DNA of 64,000 nucleotides from positions 104,949 to 168,948 of IMG/VR virus record IMGVR_UViG_3300049218_000295; one strand, 5' to 3'. Shown in pieces: positions 9,568 to 19,913 of the stretch (the first letter of the stretch is position 1; the number at the start of each line of letters is the position of its first letter). The notes beneath the pieces were generated by a model, which saw only the letters and a list, made by a program, of their open reading frames with translations, was not told the origin of the DNA and ran no database searches. The DNA comes from a virus. The translations under genes and the position numbers were made by a program.

Positions 9568-11121
9568 ATGAAAACCACGGCCAATGAACAGCATTTTCAA
9601 TCCGTCTATCTCGACCTTGGTGCCAAGGATTGGAAAAAGCGTATCGTTTTTCATGACCCAGTTTATGAGCAGGAGACCCCCGGAGTTGTCGCCCTGAAAT
9701 CGCTCCGTCTTGAAGAAACCTTTGGTTTTGTGGTCAGTGCACCAAAAGAGACACTAAAGCAGTACCGCGACAGAGTTAAAGCAATGGACAAGGACCTGGA
9801 ACTGGGCAAACAGGACCCGGAAAAAATCCTTTCCAAGCTCCTTGAAACCGCCAAAAGCATGGGCATGACCCTTAACTACGTGCAAAGTGGTAAAGAAGGC
9901 GCTCCTGCGAAAGAAACGGCTCTCGATGATAAAGCTATTGCACACATCAATCGACTCTACGTTTCGAAAAAAGCACTTGCGATACCGGACCTTTCGGATA
10001 CTGCCTGGACCCCAAGCAAAGTCCAAGACAAGCTCGTGCGAGTTCTGGAGCTTATCAATAAAGTCTTTCCAGCCGACAAATTTCTACATCAAACCGCTGA
10101 GAAAGAAGATGATGTTCCCATCGTCCGCGTGCTTACCGGCCCTCGCGATCCTTATACTGCGGAACGCATCGGTTCTTTAGCTTTCTTTTCTACGCAGCGT
10201 GGTATGGAGTGGTACACCAAACAATTTGGCTCGACCGACTTCAGGCCACACGAAGGTTGGGTATTTGTCACCTATTTCGATGACGCCAAAATGCTTGAAG
10301 AGCCTGTTGGCAAGCTCAATTTAAATGACTCCGATGAACACTGGTCCGATTATCTCTGTGGCCTCTTTAATTTGACTGAGAAACTGCCTTGTGGATGTTT
10401 AAAGACTTGCCCTTGCGGCTGTGCCACTCTCGCAAACTGCCCCTGCAGTCCGTTAGCTAAAGCAAGCGTTGTTACTGCGGGCGTCGCGATGACTGCAAAA
10501 AGGCCCGACCCCCAAGTCACTCGTCAAATTCTGAACCATAACTGTGTTTGGATTGGTCACGACTCTGGTCGCACACTTGCCATGCAGCCAATAGCCCAAA
10601 CCAAGAAATTTCTGATTTATCGGGCCGGTGCAACAGCCACCGCTACGGCGTCCACAGACATTGACAAAAGACTCCGGAGATTGAAAGCAAGACAGGAAGG
10701 CCGACCGTACAATTACGCCGACCTTTTCGAGCGTGAACTTGCGGATCTCGATGACCCAGATTTTCTACCAGCGGTCCGGGAGGCACGAGCCCGGCTCCGG
10801 TCCCTCGGCTTATCTTCTCGTCTAGTGCTCGACAAGATTGTTGCTGGACAAAATGGTTATTCGGTAAGTCTGGTACTGGATGGCAAACTGCCCGAGCAGG
10901 TAATTACCACAGCCGGGTTCACGTCTATCCGTCCCGATTTCCATGAAACCGAGCTGAACGACCGAGCCAAACTATCTATTGCCTCACTGGATGGCTCGAC
11001 CAGGGTATTCCTTAGTTATGAAACTGGGTTATCCCCATCCAAAGTTAGTGAAGCAGCGGTGGTCCGCCACTATTTCCGGAGCCTCAAAGGAGCCCTCCGG
11101 AAACCACGAGCACCGCATTAA
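9568..11121 (+). CDS. Multidomain hypothetical protein with Cys cluster
   Basis: 517 aa; CGCLKTCPCGCATLANCPC metal-binding-like stretch. Confidence 0.7.
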   Translation: MKTTANEQHFQSVYLDLGAKDWKKRIVFHDPVYEQETPGVVALKSLRLEETFGFVVSAPKETLKQYRDRVKAMDKDLELGKQDPEKILSKLLETAKSMGMTLNYVQSGKEGAPAKETALDDKAIAHINRLYVSKKALAIPDLSDTAWTPSKVQDKLVRVLELINKVFPADKFLHQTAEKEDDVPIVRVLTGPRDPYTAERIGSLAFFSTQRGMEWYTKQFGSTDFRPHEGWVFVTYFDDAKMLEEPVGKLNLNDSDEHWSDYLCGLFNLTEKLPCGCLKTCPCGCATLANCPCSPLAKASVVTAGVAMTAKRPDPQVTRQILNHNCVWIGHDSGRTLAMQPIAQTKKFLIYRAGATATATASTDIDKRLRRLKARQEGRPYNYADLFERELADLDDPDFLPAVREARARLRSLGLSSRLVLDKIVAGQNGYSVSLVLDGKLPEQVITTAGFTSIRPDFHETELNDRAKLSIASLDGSTRVFLSYETGLSPSKVSEAAVVRHYFRSLKGALRKPRAPH

Positions 11122-11215
11122 GACACCCACCCGCTACTTCAAGCCATTATAAAGGAAGAGCGGCTTCCCGTGTCTCCCGTTACCTATCTATCTCGGCTCA
11201 CAGAGAAGCCTCTAC

Positions 11216-11244
11216 TTGACAAGTATCGTACACTGTGCTATAAT
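11216..11244 (+). promoter_or_regulatory. Sigma70-type early promoter
   Basis: TTGACA-17-TATAAT with extended TG; TGCTATAATAGAATTAC is shared with the promoter at 63889. Confidence 0.85.
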
Positions 11245-11267
11245 AGAATTACGAGGTACAAGGAAAC

Positions 11268-12368
11268 ATGAAAAAGCTGCAAGACCTGAAAAAAGCCCTG
11301 AACGAAGCCTGCCTGGAACGGTCCGACGTTATCGATGGCGCACTGACGGCGTTGGCCGCTCGTGAACATATGCTCATCATCGGCACCCCTGGTAGCGGAA
11401 AAAGCATGCTCTCCCGGTTGATTGCCAAGGCCACTCATGGCGAATATTTCGAGACGCTTTTTCACCCACTTATGAAGCCCGAGGAAATCTTTGGACCATT
11501 CTCTGCCAAGGGTATGCTCGAAGACAAGTTCGTTCGCAAAGTCGACGGCTACCTCCCGACCGCTGATATCGCTTTCGGCGATGAAGTCTTCAAAGCATCA
11601 GTAAGTCTTCGCCAGACCGTGCTTGGTATCCTCAATGAGCGCCACTATAACAACGGCGGCAAAACCTTGGCTTGCCCTCTCCGCACCTTTTTTGCAGCTT
11701 CGAACGAACTGCCGACTAGCCCCAACGACGCCGCTTTCTTTGACCGTTTAGCTCTGCGCTTTGAAGTCTCTCAAATCCAGGACGACGACAATGCTATCCT
11801 CCTTTTCACGGGTTTGCCCGAAGTCAAAATCCCAGACCTCAGCAAGGCTGACCTCGCTCAGATTGACCAGGAAGTTCCACAAATCAAGATCACTAAAGAC
11901 GTTGCCGACCTTCTAGTTGAAATCCGCCGCGAAGTCGCGAATGCTAATATCTTCGTTTCTGACCGCAAATGGCGGCAAGCAGCACGGTTGCTCCAAGCTG
12001 CAGCTTACCTCAATGGCAAGACCGAAGTGGAGCAGGACCACTTTGATATCCTGAACGCGGTTATCTGGAACACTCCGGACGAACGACCTCGCGCTCGCAA
12101 AATCATTGGTAAGCATGGCAACCCACTCGGTGAGAAGATTTTTGCCCTACAAGATGCCTTTGCCGAAATAGTCAGAAACATGAAACTTCCTAAAGGCGAT
12201 GAAAACCACATCGAAATGGCAGAAGGTGTGACTAAGATGCGTGGCACGATGGAAAAGTTCTCTGAAATGAAGAAGGAACACCCAAAGAACGAAAAAGTGG
12301 CGCGGGCTTTCGAAATCTGCAAATCAGACTACAACAAGTATCTCACCAAACATCTTGGCGTGAAATAA
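11268..12368 (+). CDS. MoxR/RavA-family AAA+ ATPase
   Basis: Walker A GTPGSGKS, PEEIFGP, Walker B FGDEVFKA, ASNELP, FFDR and SDRKW motifs. Confidence 0.9.
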   Translation: MKKLQDLKKALNEACLERSDVIDGALTALAAREHMLIIGTPGSGKSMLSRLIAKATHGEYFETLFHPLMKPEEIFGPFSAKGMLEDKFVRKVDGYLPTADIAFGDEVFKASVSLRQTVLGILNERHYNNGGKTLACPLRTFFAASNELPTSPNDAAFFDRLALRFEVSQIQDDDNAILLFTGLPEVKIPDLSKADLAQIDQEVPQIKITKDVADLLVEIRREVANANIFVSDRKWRQAARLLQAAAYLNGKTEVEQDHFDILNAVIWNTPDERPRARKIIGKHGNPLGEKIFALQDAFAEIVRNMKLPKGDENHIEMAEGVTKMRGTMEKFSEMKKEHPKNEKVARAFEICKSDYNKYLTKHLGVK

Positions 12369-12371
12369 GGA

Positions 12372-13214
12372 GTGACTATGACTAAGAGCGACCTTCCCAT
12401 TATCGGCTGGCTAGTGAACTACAATACGACCACGAAATTCAGCATTAAGCGCGATGACTTACTCAAGCTCATGGCAAAACACGACATTCCTGGCAACATC
12501 GCCAAGAAGGTACTCGACCGCAATGCTGTCATTCGCTCGGTGCGCAATACTGCTAAAGGCATTCTCGGTAAGAAGCTACGTTTCATCGTCACTGATGAAA
12601 AAGACGTGATGGTCATGGCGATTGCGATGGTGGACTCGACAGCCAATAACGATGCCAAAGTCAAGCAAGTTACCAAGGTGGTTTACGACAAGAAGACTAC
12701 GGAATTGACAGTCGAGGGTGAACACCAAGATGCTATCAAGCAAGGCTATGAAAATGCCAAAGACAGCTACGAGTCGGACCAGTTTCGTTCCATCGTGCTC
12801 CGCTACCTCAAAAAGGAGTGCATGGCAGTCAACTACCTTGAAACCGGTAACATCTACGTGGTGGCTACCGCGAAAGAGGACAAGCTCCAAAATATCGCCG
12901 CCCTATTCGAAGACCTTGGCAAAGACAACTGTGTTCTTCGCCGCAAAGAGGAGTACGACACCACTGCCAATCGCACCGTGATGTTGGACGTGGCAGTAGG
13001 GGAACTCCAGAAGGAAATCGAACACCACCGCAAGGATTTCGAAAACCAGGAAGACCTCACTGAGCGTGGTCTCGCCGCACGAGTTCGCAAGTATAAGGAA
13101 ACCGAGCTTAAAGCCCACATGTGGGGTTCGGTTCTGCAGGAGAAGGTAGACAACCTCGCCAAAGAACTGGATGGCCTGACTAAAGCGGTTCGCAAAAAGC
13201 TGATAGTGGAATAA
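12372..13214 (+). CDS. Hypothetical protein between AAA and VWA genes (coiled-coil C-terminus)
   Basis: 280 aa, co-transcribed with the ATPase. Confidence 0.75.
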   Translation: MTMTKSDLPIIGWLVNYNTTTKFSIKRDDLLKLMAKHDIPGNIAKKVLDRNAVIRSVRNTAKGILGKKLRFIVTDEKDVMVMAIAMVDSTANNDAKVKQVTKVVYDKKTTELTVEGEHQDAIKQGYENAKDSYESDQFRSIVLRYLKKECMAVNYLETGNIYVVATAKEDKLQNIAALFEDLGKDNCVLRRKEEYDTTANRTVMLDVAVGELQKEIEHHRKDFENQEDLTERGLAARVRKYKETELKAHMWGSVLQEKVDNLAKELDGLTKAVRKKLIVE

Positions 13215-13223
13215 GGAGACAAT

Positions 13224-13427
13224 ATGCAAATCTCGATAATGCTCGATCTACTTGACTCTTGTGACCAAGAAAACGAACTCAAGGTTGCACATAAACTCGT
13301 CAGCGCGGAGTGCGAATTGGTGGCGAAACGAGACCCCGCAGCAATGAAGCCGCTCGAATACATCGCGTGCAGTTGGGCTTTCCGATATCTTTGCCATTCG
13401 GCTCTAAATTCTGGTATCAATCATTAG
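13224..13427 (+). CDS. Hypothetical protein
   Basis: AAGGAG SD, 67 aa. Confidence 0.55.
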   Translation: MQISIMLDLLDSCDQENELKVAHKLVSAECELVAKRDPAAMKPLEYIACSWAFRYLCHSALNSGINH

Positions 13428-13644
13428 GAACAATATGAAAAAGTGGACCGCCCCGATAACTATCCAAGAACTAACAGACGAAGAGAAGCTGGAAGTCATC
13501 GACCAGTTGCTGAAGCACTCCGGGTTCTTTCTTGTGTCCGAAGAGGACCGATCTTTACCCCGCGCCCGCAAAATCCTTTTGCTGCCGGAACCGCCCTTCT
13601 CCGGGGTTCCGGAGCGTGGTTGAGCCGGGTCAACCGGGACACAC

Positions 13645-13673
13645 TTGTGCACCATAGCACAGTGTGCTATAAT
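13645..13673 (+). promoter_or_regulatory. Sigma70-type promoter, probably leaderless
   Basis: TTGTGC-17-TATAAT with extended TG; ATG at 13680. Confidence 0.65.
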
Positions 13674-13679
13674 AGAAGT

Positions 13680-13946
13680 ATGAGTAAGCCAACAATAAGT
13701 TACCCACTCTATCTCTTCAAGAAGTCGGGCTCCGTGGTCGAACTGGTCGCGGATTGGGCACCGAGGTTCGCAGGTAAGCCCGGTGCGGTTGTCAAGCGTT
13801 ATGACACCGGCAAAGAAATGTTCGTCCTAAAGGAGGCGCTCGTGCCTCTCGTCCAGCTTTCGGCCTGCCATGGCGAGCTGGTCTGGGTCACCGACGACGC
13901 CGACCAAACCGAAATCACCGTTCCAAGTAGGAAGGTGTCCAAATGA
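13680..13946 (+). CDS. Hypothetical protein
   Basis: Start MSKPTIS directly after the promoter. Confidence 0.55.
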   Translation: MSKPTISYPLYLFKKSGSVVELVADWAPRFAGKPGAVVKRYDTGKEMFVLKEALVPLVQLSACHGELVWVTDDADQTEITVPSRKVSK

Positions 13947-15343
13947 GCAAATCTAAAGCCCCAAAGCCCCAGCCAACTATTGAACCCGCTATCGTTAAGG
14001 ATGCTTATGACCAGATTTTGTATGACGGCGTCCGGGAGAACGCGGGCAACCTGCAGGACCTAGTCAAGAATGACCCCGACCGCGACATTTTGACATCCGA
14101 CATTTTCAGCGCTTTATATAAGAGCAAACCCACGCTGCGCTCGGAGTCCCGTGGACTTTCGCGCAAACTCATGGAGACGATGATGGGCCTGCCGGAGTAC
14201 CAGACACTCCGCGCACATACCAAGTTCGATGATATTACGTCCGCACTCGGAACCATTAAGCTCGCCCCTCGGGTGCTAGAGTCCTATGAAGAAGCCCGCA
14301 AGAAAATGGAGCAAAAGCAGCAGGAACAAAAGGGACAAAACCCAGGCCCAGATGGTAATGACCCTGAAAACCAAATTGATGACGACATCATGGACGGTCT
14401 GCGCCAGGGTATCCGTTCCGGCCTGAAAGCTGCACAGGAAAGTTCCGAAGAGTGGGGCGACGTCGCTAAAGGCTGGGGAGTCGGCAGAGACGAACTCGGC
14501 TCAGTTCCTACCGAAGCCAAGTTCGTGCTAGCAGAGAAACTCCTTAAATCGTCCAAGCTCCGGAAAATCGCCGATATGGCTGGGCGTCTGATCCAAGTAG
14601 CCAACGCTGCGGCAGCACAGACTCCGGTGCGCGGCATGGACGAAGTCACGGATGTTATCACCGGTAGCGACCTGTCCGACATTTTGCCTTCCGAATGGCT
14701 TAAACTTAAAATGACTCCAGCGCTCTTTATGAAGGACCTCATGGAGGACAACCTCATGATGTACAATTTGCGCGGCGTGGAAAATCAAGGCTACGGTCCA
14801 ATCATCATGTGCCTGGACATTTCACCATCGATGCAAGGCGAACGCGAAGTATTCGCTAAAGCCTTGGCCATAGCCCTCATGTTTATGGCGGAAAAGCAAA
14901 AGCGAGCATTCGGATTGGTGACTTTTGGTACTCAAGTGCACGAGACGATGTACGTGCCAGCAGGCCAGAAGTCTTCTATCGAGAACAAGATGCAGATTGC
15001 GGAGATTGTCTGCAATGGTGGTGGCACTGATTTCTATGTCCCGCTTAAAGCAGCCTTTGTAATCCGCCAGCAAGAGAAAGCCCAACTCAATCCTGCTGAT
15101 ATTGTGTTCCTGACTGATGGCGAATGCGAGATGGACGAGGAACAGCACGAAGAGATCGCCGAACTCAAAAAGGAAACCTCGGTTCGCATCCAAGGGATTG
15201 CGATTTGCGATGGCAGTAGTGACGAAGTCTGTGAAGGCTCCACGCTTGAGCGGTTCTCGGATAACCTCGCCACCGTGGACAAGCTTGGTGAAGTTCACAT
15301 GGTAAAGGGCATCCTGGCAAATGCGGCAGCAGGAAAGCGATAA
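13943..15343 (+). CDS. VWA-domain protein (ViaA/CoxE-like partner of the MoxR ATPase)
   Basis: MIDAS DISPS, GGTDF, IVFLTDG. Confidence 0.9.
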   Translation: MSKSKAPKPQPTIEPAIVKDAYDQILYDGVRENAGNLQDLVKNDPDRDILTSDIFSALYKSKPTLRSESRGLSRKLMETMMGLPEYQTLRAHTKFDDITSALGTIKLAPRVLESYEEARKKMEQKQQEQKGQNPGPDGNDPENQIDDDIMDGLRQGIRSGLKAAQESSEEWGDVAKGWGVGRDELGSVPTEAKFVLAEKLLKSSKLRKIADMAGRLIQVANAAAAQTPVRGMDEVTDVITGSDLSDILPSEWLKLKMTPALFMKDLMEDNLMMYNLRGVENQGYGPIIMCLDISPSMQGEREVFAKALAIALMFMAEKQKRAFGLVTFGTQVHETMYVPAGQKSSIENKMQIAEIVCNGGGTDFYVPLKAAFVIRQQEKAQLNPADIVFLTDGECEMDEEQHEEIAELKKETSVRIQGIAICDGSSDEVCEGSTLERFSDNLATVDKLGEVHMVKGILANAAAGKR

Positions 15344-15572
15344 TGTTCGATTTCATCAAAAAGAACTCGTTTTGAGGAGAGGTTATGCCCAAAACCAAAG
15401 AACCCGAAATCCCAATCCACAAACTATCGCCTCAACCCTTTCAAGACCAGGCCCTTGCTGACTGGAAACCAGGCAATGTCTGTGGTCAGAAGGGTCATGG
15501 TTCTTCGAGTTGGGACCATGTGAATTGCAAGGAGTGCAAAAGGCTCCGGCGTCGGGACCCCGCAGCGAAGAC

Positions 15573-15602
15573 TTGACAAATTGTACCATATTGTGCTACA
15601 TT
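15573..15602 (+). promoter_or_regulatory. Sigma70-type promoter
   Basis: TTGACA-18-TACATT with extended TG. Confidence 0.65.
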
Positions 15603-15633
15603 CGGCATTCAACAGTCTTTAGGAGGACTACAC

Positions 15634-16017
15634 ATGTCGAATGAAAAACCGACCGCCGTAGAGCGGAAGCAGCAGTCACGTGATTACGTAAACGCAATCG
15701 AAACGCTCCGCAAAGCCGAGAAGCTCACCATCGAAGCCGCTGCCAAAAAGGCAGGTAAAACGGTTACGGGCTATTACTACCATAAACGTGTAGCCGCTGG
15801 ACAAAAGACCAAAACAGGCAAAACCATTAAAGTGAAAGCGACTCGCAAATATCGCAGGACCAATACGTTGCCAGTCACTACCGGATTCACCGAACTCCCA
15901 GCAAATCTGCGCACGTCGACTACTGGAAATGGTAAAATGCTGCTTGCGGTCGCAGTGGGTGATGGTGCCGAAATCACCAAAGCACTTGAGACCACGCTTA
16001 ATCGTTTCTTCAACTAA
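15634..16017 (+). CDS. Basic hypothetical protein (possible DNA-binding)
   Basis: AGGAGG SD, K/R/T-rich. Confidence 0.7.
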   Translation: MSNEKPTAVERKQQSRDYVNAIETLRKAEKLTIEAAAKKAGKTVTGYYYHKRVAAGQKTKTGKTIKVKATRKYRRTNTLPVTTGFTELPANLRTSTTGNGKMLLAVAVGDGAEITKALETTLNRFFN

Positions 16018-16027
16018 GGGGCACTAA

Positions 16028-16519
16028 ATGCAAAACGAACTGTTGAACTTTAAGGGCAAGGCTCGCAATGAGCGCGAGCAAGCTTATTACGATTCACTCC
16101 AAACTACCTACGCACAACCTCGCCGTGCCGATAACAGCTTGGTAGGCTATCATGGTGAGTTCGACTTCCGACTTGGTATTGACGGCATCCGCGAGTTCTT
16201 TAAGAAGAAACGCATTTACATCGACAACGGCAAAAGGAAATTGGAGTTGGATAACTTGGAACCAGGCGAATTTATTGCTCTGGTCAATCGCGACCAAACA
16301 GGTGTTAAGCTAGTTGGACGATCCAACATCGTCGTTTATCAGAAAACACCCAAGGGACAGAAATTGCACCCCGGAGCGATTGTGTTGATTCCGCGTTACT
16401 TCAATGGCAAGGAAATTGACCTGACTCGGGCACAGGAACAGGCAATCCGCGAGGACTTTGCCAAGTATCTATCGCGCCAATCGAAAAAAGTCAAGGAAAT
16501 CGACCCAGAACTTCATTAA
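16028..16519 (+). CDS. Hypothetical protein
   Basis: 163 aa ORF. Confidence 0.65.
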   Translation: MQNELLNFKGKARNEREQAYYDSLQTTYAQPRRADNSLVGYHGEFDFRLGIDGIREFFKKKRIYIDNGKRKLELDNLEPGEFIALVNRDQTGVKLVGRSNIVVYQKTPKGQKLHPGAIVLIPRYFNGKEIDLTRAQEQAIREDFAKYLSRQSKKVKEIDPELH

Positions 16520-16549
16520 TACACGCGGCAGCATCAGCTAAAAAACTGA

Positions 16550-17095
16550 ATGCTGCCTTATGTACTATCGAAGACTGGATGCCGGATTTATACACCCAAG
16601 AAGTACACGGACCATCGAGGATGGTTCATGGAAGTCTTGAAGGAAAGCACAATTGATCTGCGATTTCAGCAGGTCAATCTTTCCTATTCAGACCCTGGTG
16701 TCGTGAGAGGTTTGCATTTCCAGACCAAGAACCCACAAGGCAAACTGATTGGGGTAATTGCTGGGCATGTAATCGACGTGGTAGTCGATTTACGAATCGG
16801 TTCTCCCACATACGGTATTCTGGAGTCTTTTGAACTGCGGGAAATGAACCAAATGGTTTTCGTTCCTGAAGGGTTCGCGCATGGATTTTGGGCCGTAGAC
16901 AAGAGCTATTTCTATTATCAATGCACCACGGAATACAACGCCGGGAGCGATGGTGGCATCAACCCGATGGATAACGATTTAGATTTGCCTTGGTCGGCCC
17001 ATATAGGTAAGGGAGATCTTCTCGTTACTCCTAAAGACATTGCTCTCCCTTACCTAAAGGATTTTGTTTCGCCGTTTATATACAACGGGTCATAG
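16550..17095 (+). CDS. rmlC: dTDP-4-dehydrorhamnose 3,5-epimerase
   Basis: DHRGWF, GVVRGLHFQ, DVVVDLR.GSPTYG, VPEGFAHGF. Confidence 0.93.
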   Translation: MLPYVLSKTGCRIYTPKKYTDHRGWFMEVLKESTIDLRFQQVNLSYSDPGVVRGLHFQTKNPQGKLIGVIAGHVIDVVVDLRIGSPTYGILESFELREMNQMVFVPEGFAHGFWAVDKSYFYYQCTTEYNAGSDGGINPMDNDLDLPWSAHIGKGDLLVTPKDIALPYLKDFVSPFIYNGS

Positions 17096-17140
17096 CATAT
17101 ACTATCTTGACGCGTAAGGTATACTTATTTTCCTATCCGG

Positions 17141-17419
17141 ATGCTAGGATATTTACGGCGGATTGCATCTAAAGTCTTCGCCCGCCCACCACTTGTTCCA
17201 GAAGTCGTGGCCTGGTATGGTATCCAGGCTTCGGCGGGTAAAAATCCGATTGGTTGGGTAGACCCCAGCCCCTATATTGACCGCGAACAGCTTTACTTGG
17301 AGGGACTTATTCCGTTGGAAGGACAGCAGTTATCAGAATTGAAACAGTACCCGGAGTTGGTGGCTCTACTACAGAGCCATGGAGAAAGCCAACTTCCCGA
17401 CCGTCGCATTCTTATCTGA
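17141..17419 (+). CDS. Small protein, degenerate tail-collar-like
   Basis: PIGW...EGQ.LSELKQYPEL.....LPD.R resembles the collar motif. Confidence 0.5.
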   Translation: MLGYLRRIASKVFARPPLVPEVVAWYGIQASAGKNPIGWVDPSPYIDREQLYLEGLIPLEGQQLSELKQYPELVALLQSHGESQLPDRRILI

Positions 17420-17420
17420 A

Positions 17421-17954
17421 ATGCGAATCACTGTCATTCTGATAGTACTCATGCTGTTGTCCACGCCCGCTCGCGCTGCGACCCAATGGGATGGTTTCAT
17501 CAAACAAACCGAGAAAATCCTCAATCTCCCGCAACGACTCCTTGCTGCCATAATCAAGTTTGAATCGAGCTTTAACTTCAATGCTGTTAACACCCAGAAG
17601 CCCGGAGTTGCAGTGACGAGTCACGGGCTTGGGCAACTCACCCTAGCCACCGCTCAATCTCTTTGCAACATGAGCCTGTCTGATCTCTATAACCCCATTA
17701 AAAACATTCGATGCTCGGCTAAGGTACTCCGTTACCAACTCGATCGATATGACAATCTGGACTATGCCATTGCAGCTTATAACGCTGGCACCCCTTGTGT
17801 ATGCGACGGCCATTTCTACCGTTACGAGGGTTGGCACGACGGCGAGGTTTGCAAAAAACCCCAAAGCAAGCAAGCTTTTACCTGTAATGGACGCGATAAG
17901 GGTCGGTTCCTCAATCAGTCGTACGTCGATGGCGTTAAGGACCTCATGCTGTAA
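17421..17954 (+). CDS. Soluble lytic transglycosylase with N-terminal signal peptide (possible endolysin)
   Basis: AIIKFESSFN, GLGQL, AIAAYNAG motifs. Confidence 0.88.
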   Translation: MRITVILIVLMLLSTPARAATQWDGFIKQTEKILNLPQRLLAAIIKFESSFNFNAVNTQKPGVAVTSHGLGQLTLATAQSLCNMSLSDLYNPIKNIRCSAKVLRYQLDRYDNLDYAIAAYNAGTPCVCDGHFYRYEGWHDGEVCKKPQSKQAFTCNGRDKGRFLNQSYVDGVKDLML

Positions 17955-17977
17955 CGTGGTTACGCCTAAAAGAGGTT

Positions 17978-18295
17978 GTGCAAGAAAAGCCAACTAAAGA
18001 CCTAGAGTCTACAATTCGCTGGAAAAAAGCACGCTGCGGTGAAGTCTACAATGTACTCAAAACAATCCTAAGTGCAACTATCAAAAATCAGACCTCTGAG
18101 TTTACTGAAGTAATTGAGGGCCTCGACCACTCCTATAAGTGCTTCGAGGCCCTCCTCATTTCTGAGGAGGTCCTGAACTTCGAAGAGGAGTGGCATAAAG
18201 GTGAATCTAAGATACCATTGCATGAGTTCCTAGGCTGGAACCGTGAACAGTATGCCAGGTACGTAGAAAGCGGAAAGACGCCCTATGAACCTTGA
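17978..18295 (+). CDS. Hypothetical protein
   Basis: 105 aa. Confidence 0.55.
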   Translation: MQEKPTKDLESTIRWKKARCGEVYNVLKTILSATIKNQTSEFTEVIEGLDHSYKCFEALLISEEVLNFEEEWHKGESKIPLHEFLGWNREQYARYVESGKTPYEP

Positions 18296-18593
18296 TTTGA
18301 AACAAGCGGTGTTGGCCGAAGTTTTGGAAGAACGAATCCGCCAAGATGAAAAATGGGGAGAGCAAAACCCTCCCGATGGCACTGGCGGTCCAGGTCGTGC
18401 CGACGACGCTGATCAGGCCCGTCGCTTTTGCGACGAATCATTTAAGAATGGTACTGGTACTTGGGCCGCAATCCTAGGGGAGGAAGTTGCTGAAGCTCTA
18501 GCAGAATCCGACCCCAACAAACTTCGCGCTGAACTAATACAATGCGCAGCAGTCTGCACTTCTTGGGTGGAAGCCATAGACCGCAGGTCATAA
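18285..18593 (+). CDS. MazG-like nucleotide pyrophosphohydrolase-fold protein
   Basis: ER.RQDEKWG, ILGEEVAEA, ELIQCAAV. Confidence 0.7.
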   Translation: MNLDLKQAVLAEVLEERIRQDEKWGEQNPPDGTGGPGRADDADQARRFCDESFKNGTGTWAAILGEEVAEALAESDPNKLRAELIQCAAVCTSWVEAIDRRS

Positions 18594-18605
18594 AAACTAC
18601 GCATC

Positions 18606-19424
18606 ATGGAATTCGAACATTTTGCAAGCATTGCCATTCTAGAGTCCCATTGTGTAATTTCCGAAAAGATTCATGGGACCAACGCACAAATTGCCATTCC
18701 GGATGACCTCAGTACCATCTTCGCGGGCTCCCGCGAGCGCTGGGTTACGCCTGAGGATGATAACGCGGGTTTTGCTCGCAAGGTTTACGCAGAGAAGGAA
18801 GCCCTCTTTAAAGCTCTCGGCCCTGGTCGCCACTTTGGTGAATGGTACGGCTCTGGGATTGGGTCGGGTTATGGGTTGAAGGAAAAGCGGTTTGCGCTCT
18901 TCAACACGCATCGCTGGACTCAGCCCAAGAAAGATGGCCTGTTGCCAGCATGGGTCGACGTAGTTCCGATTTTGTATGAGGGCAATTTCACCCCAACAAT
19001 TGTTGATGAGACAATGGCCAAGCTCAAGGAGAGCGGTTCTGCCGCTGTTCCCGGCTTCAAAAAACCGGAAGGTATTGTGGTCTACTTCTCACGCTCCAAC
19101 ACCATGTATAAGAAGGTATTCGAAAGCGAAGACACGCGTTGGGACCAAAAGGATAAGAAAGAAAAGGCCCCACCTGACCCTGTATTTGAAGCCAAAGTGG
19201 ATTCTTATCTGCACCCTATCCGTCTAGAGAAACTACTAATGCGGGATGAGCGCTATTTGCGCGAGTATCCCAAGTCGATGCCTGAGATTTGTAAGGCCTA
19301 TATCGATGACCTCGTGAAAGAGGCCAATCCACCCATTGAGAACTTAGTTTTGGACGCTGTCAAGAAAAAAGCCTTTAAGATGGTTAAGACCATCGCAGAT
19401 TCTTGGAAAAATGGTAGCCCTTGA
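18606..19424 (+). CDS. RNA ligase, Rnl2-like
   Basis: Motif I SEKIHGTN, FGEWYG, FALF, PEGIVV and motif V KK. Confidence 0.88.
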   Translation: MEFEHFASIAILESHCVISEKIHGTNAQIAIPDDLSTIFAGSRERWVTPEDDNAGFARKVYAEKEALFKALGPGRHFGEWYGSGIGSGYGLKEKRFALFNTHRWTQPKKDGLLPAWVDVVPILYEGNFTPTIVDETMAKLKESGSAAVPGFKKPEGIVVYFSRSNTMYKKVFESEDTRWDQKDKKEKAPPDPVFEAKVDSYLHPIRLEKLLMRDERYLREYPKSMPEICKAYIDDLVKEANPPIENLVLDAVKKKAFKMVKTIADSWKNGSP

Positions 19425-19848
19425 GGCAACAGCAAGACAGAAGCAGTGGCTGAGTGAGAACAGAGTTGTTGCCCTTTACACGCTGGACCCACTAGCTTTT
19501 CTGAGGCTGACCTGTAATTCATACTTTACCCTTGGTTTCACCGAGGTCGATTGGTTTCTTTGGTCTACTCGGCCTTTGAGCTTCTATCAGTCAACCAAGG
19601 TTCAGGACTCTATGGTTGAACATCCTTTCCTAGAGTTGGACAGAGAGGGTAGAGTGGTTAGACATGAGGGACGTCATCGAGCGGCAGCCATTAAGAAGGC
19701 CGGTGGAGATACTTATGAGATTGCTATTCTTTCTGAGTACGGGGTTCCAGACCGGATTGTGGCCCAGTCCGATACGAGCATAGTTCACGAAGTAAACCAT
19801 GAGGCCCTTAGGTATGAATTTGACGGTGGAGCCAGGAGCGAGAATTGA
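19411..19848 (+). CDS. ParB/Srx-like domain protein
   Basis: HEGRHRAAA motif; 3' end overlaps tRNA-Thr antisense. Confidence 0.5.
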   Translation: MVALEATARQKQWLSENRVVALYTLDPLAFLRLTCNSYFTLGFTEVDWFLWSTRPLSFYQSTKVQDSMVEHPFLELDREGRVVRHEGRHRAAAIKKAGGDTYEIAILSEYGVPDRIVAQSDTSIVHEVNHEALRYEFDGGARSEN

Positions 19849-19900
19849 ACTCGCGTTTAGAGCTTACCATGCTCTCGTTCTGCCACTGAACTATCCCGGC
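19827..19900 (-). tRNA. tRNA-Thr(GGT)
   Basis: Cloverleaf, loop ATGGTAA, CCA. Confidence 0.9.
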
Positions 19901-19913
19901 ATAAAAGGAAACT

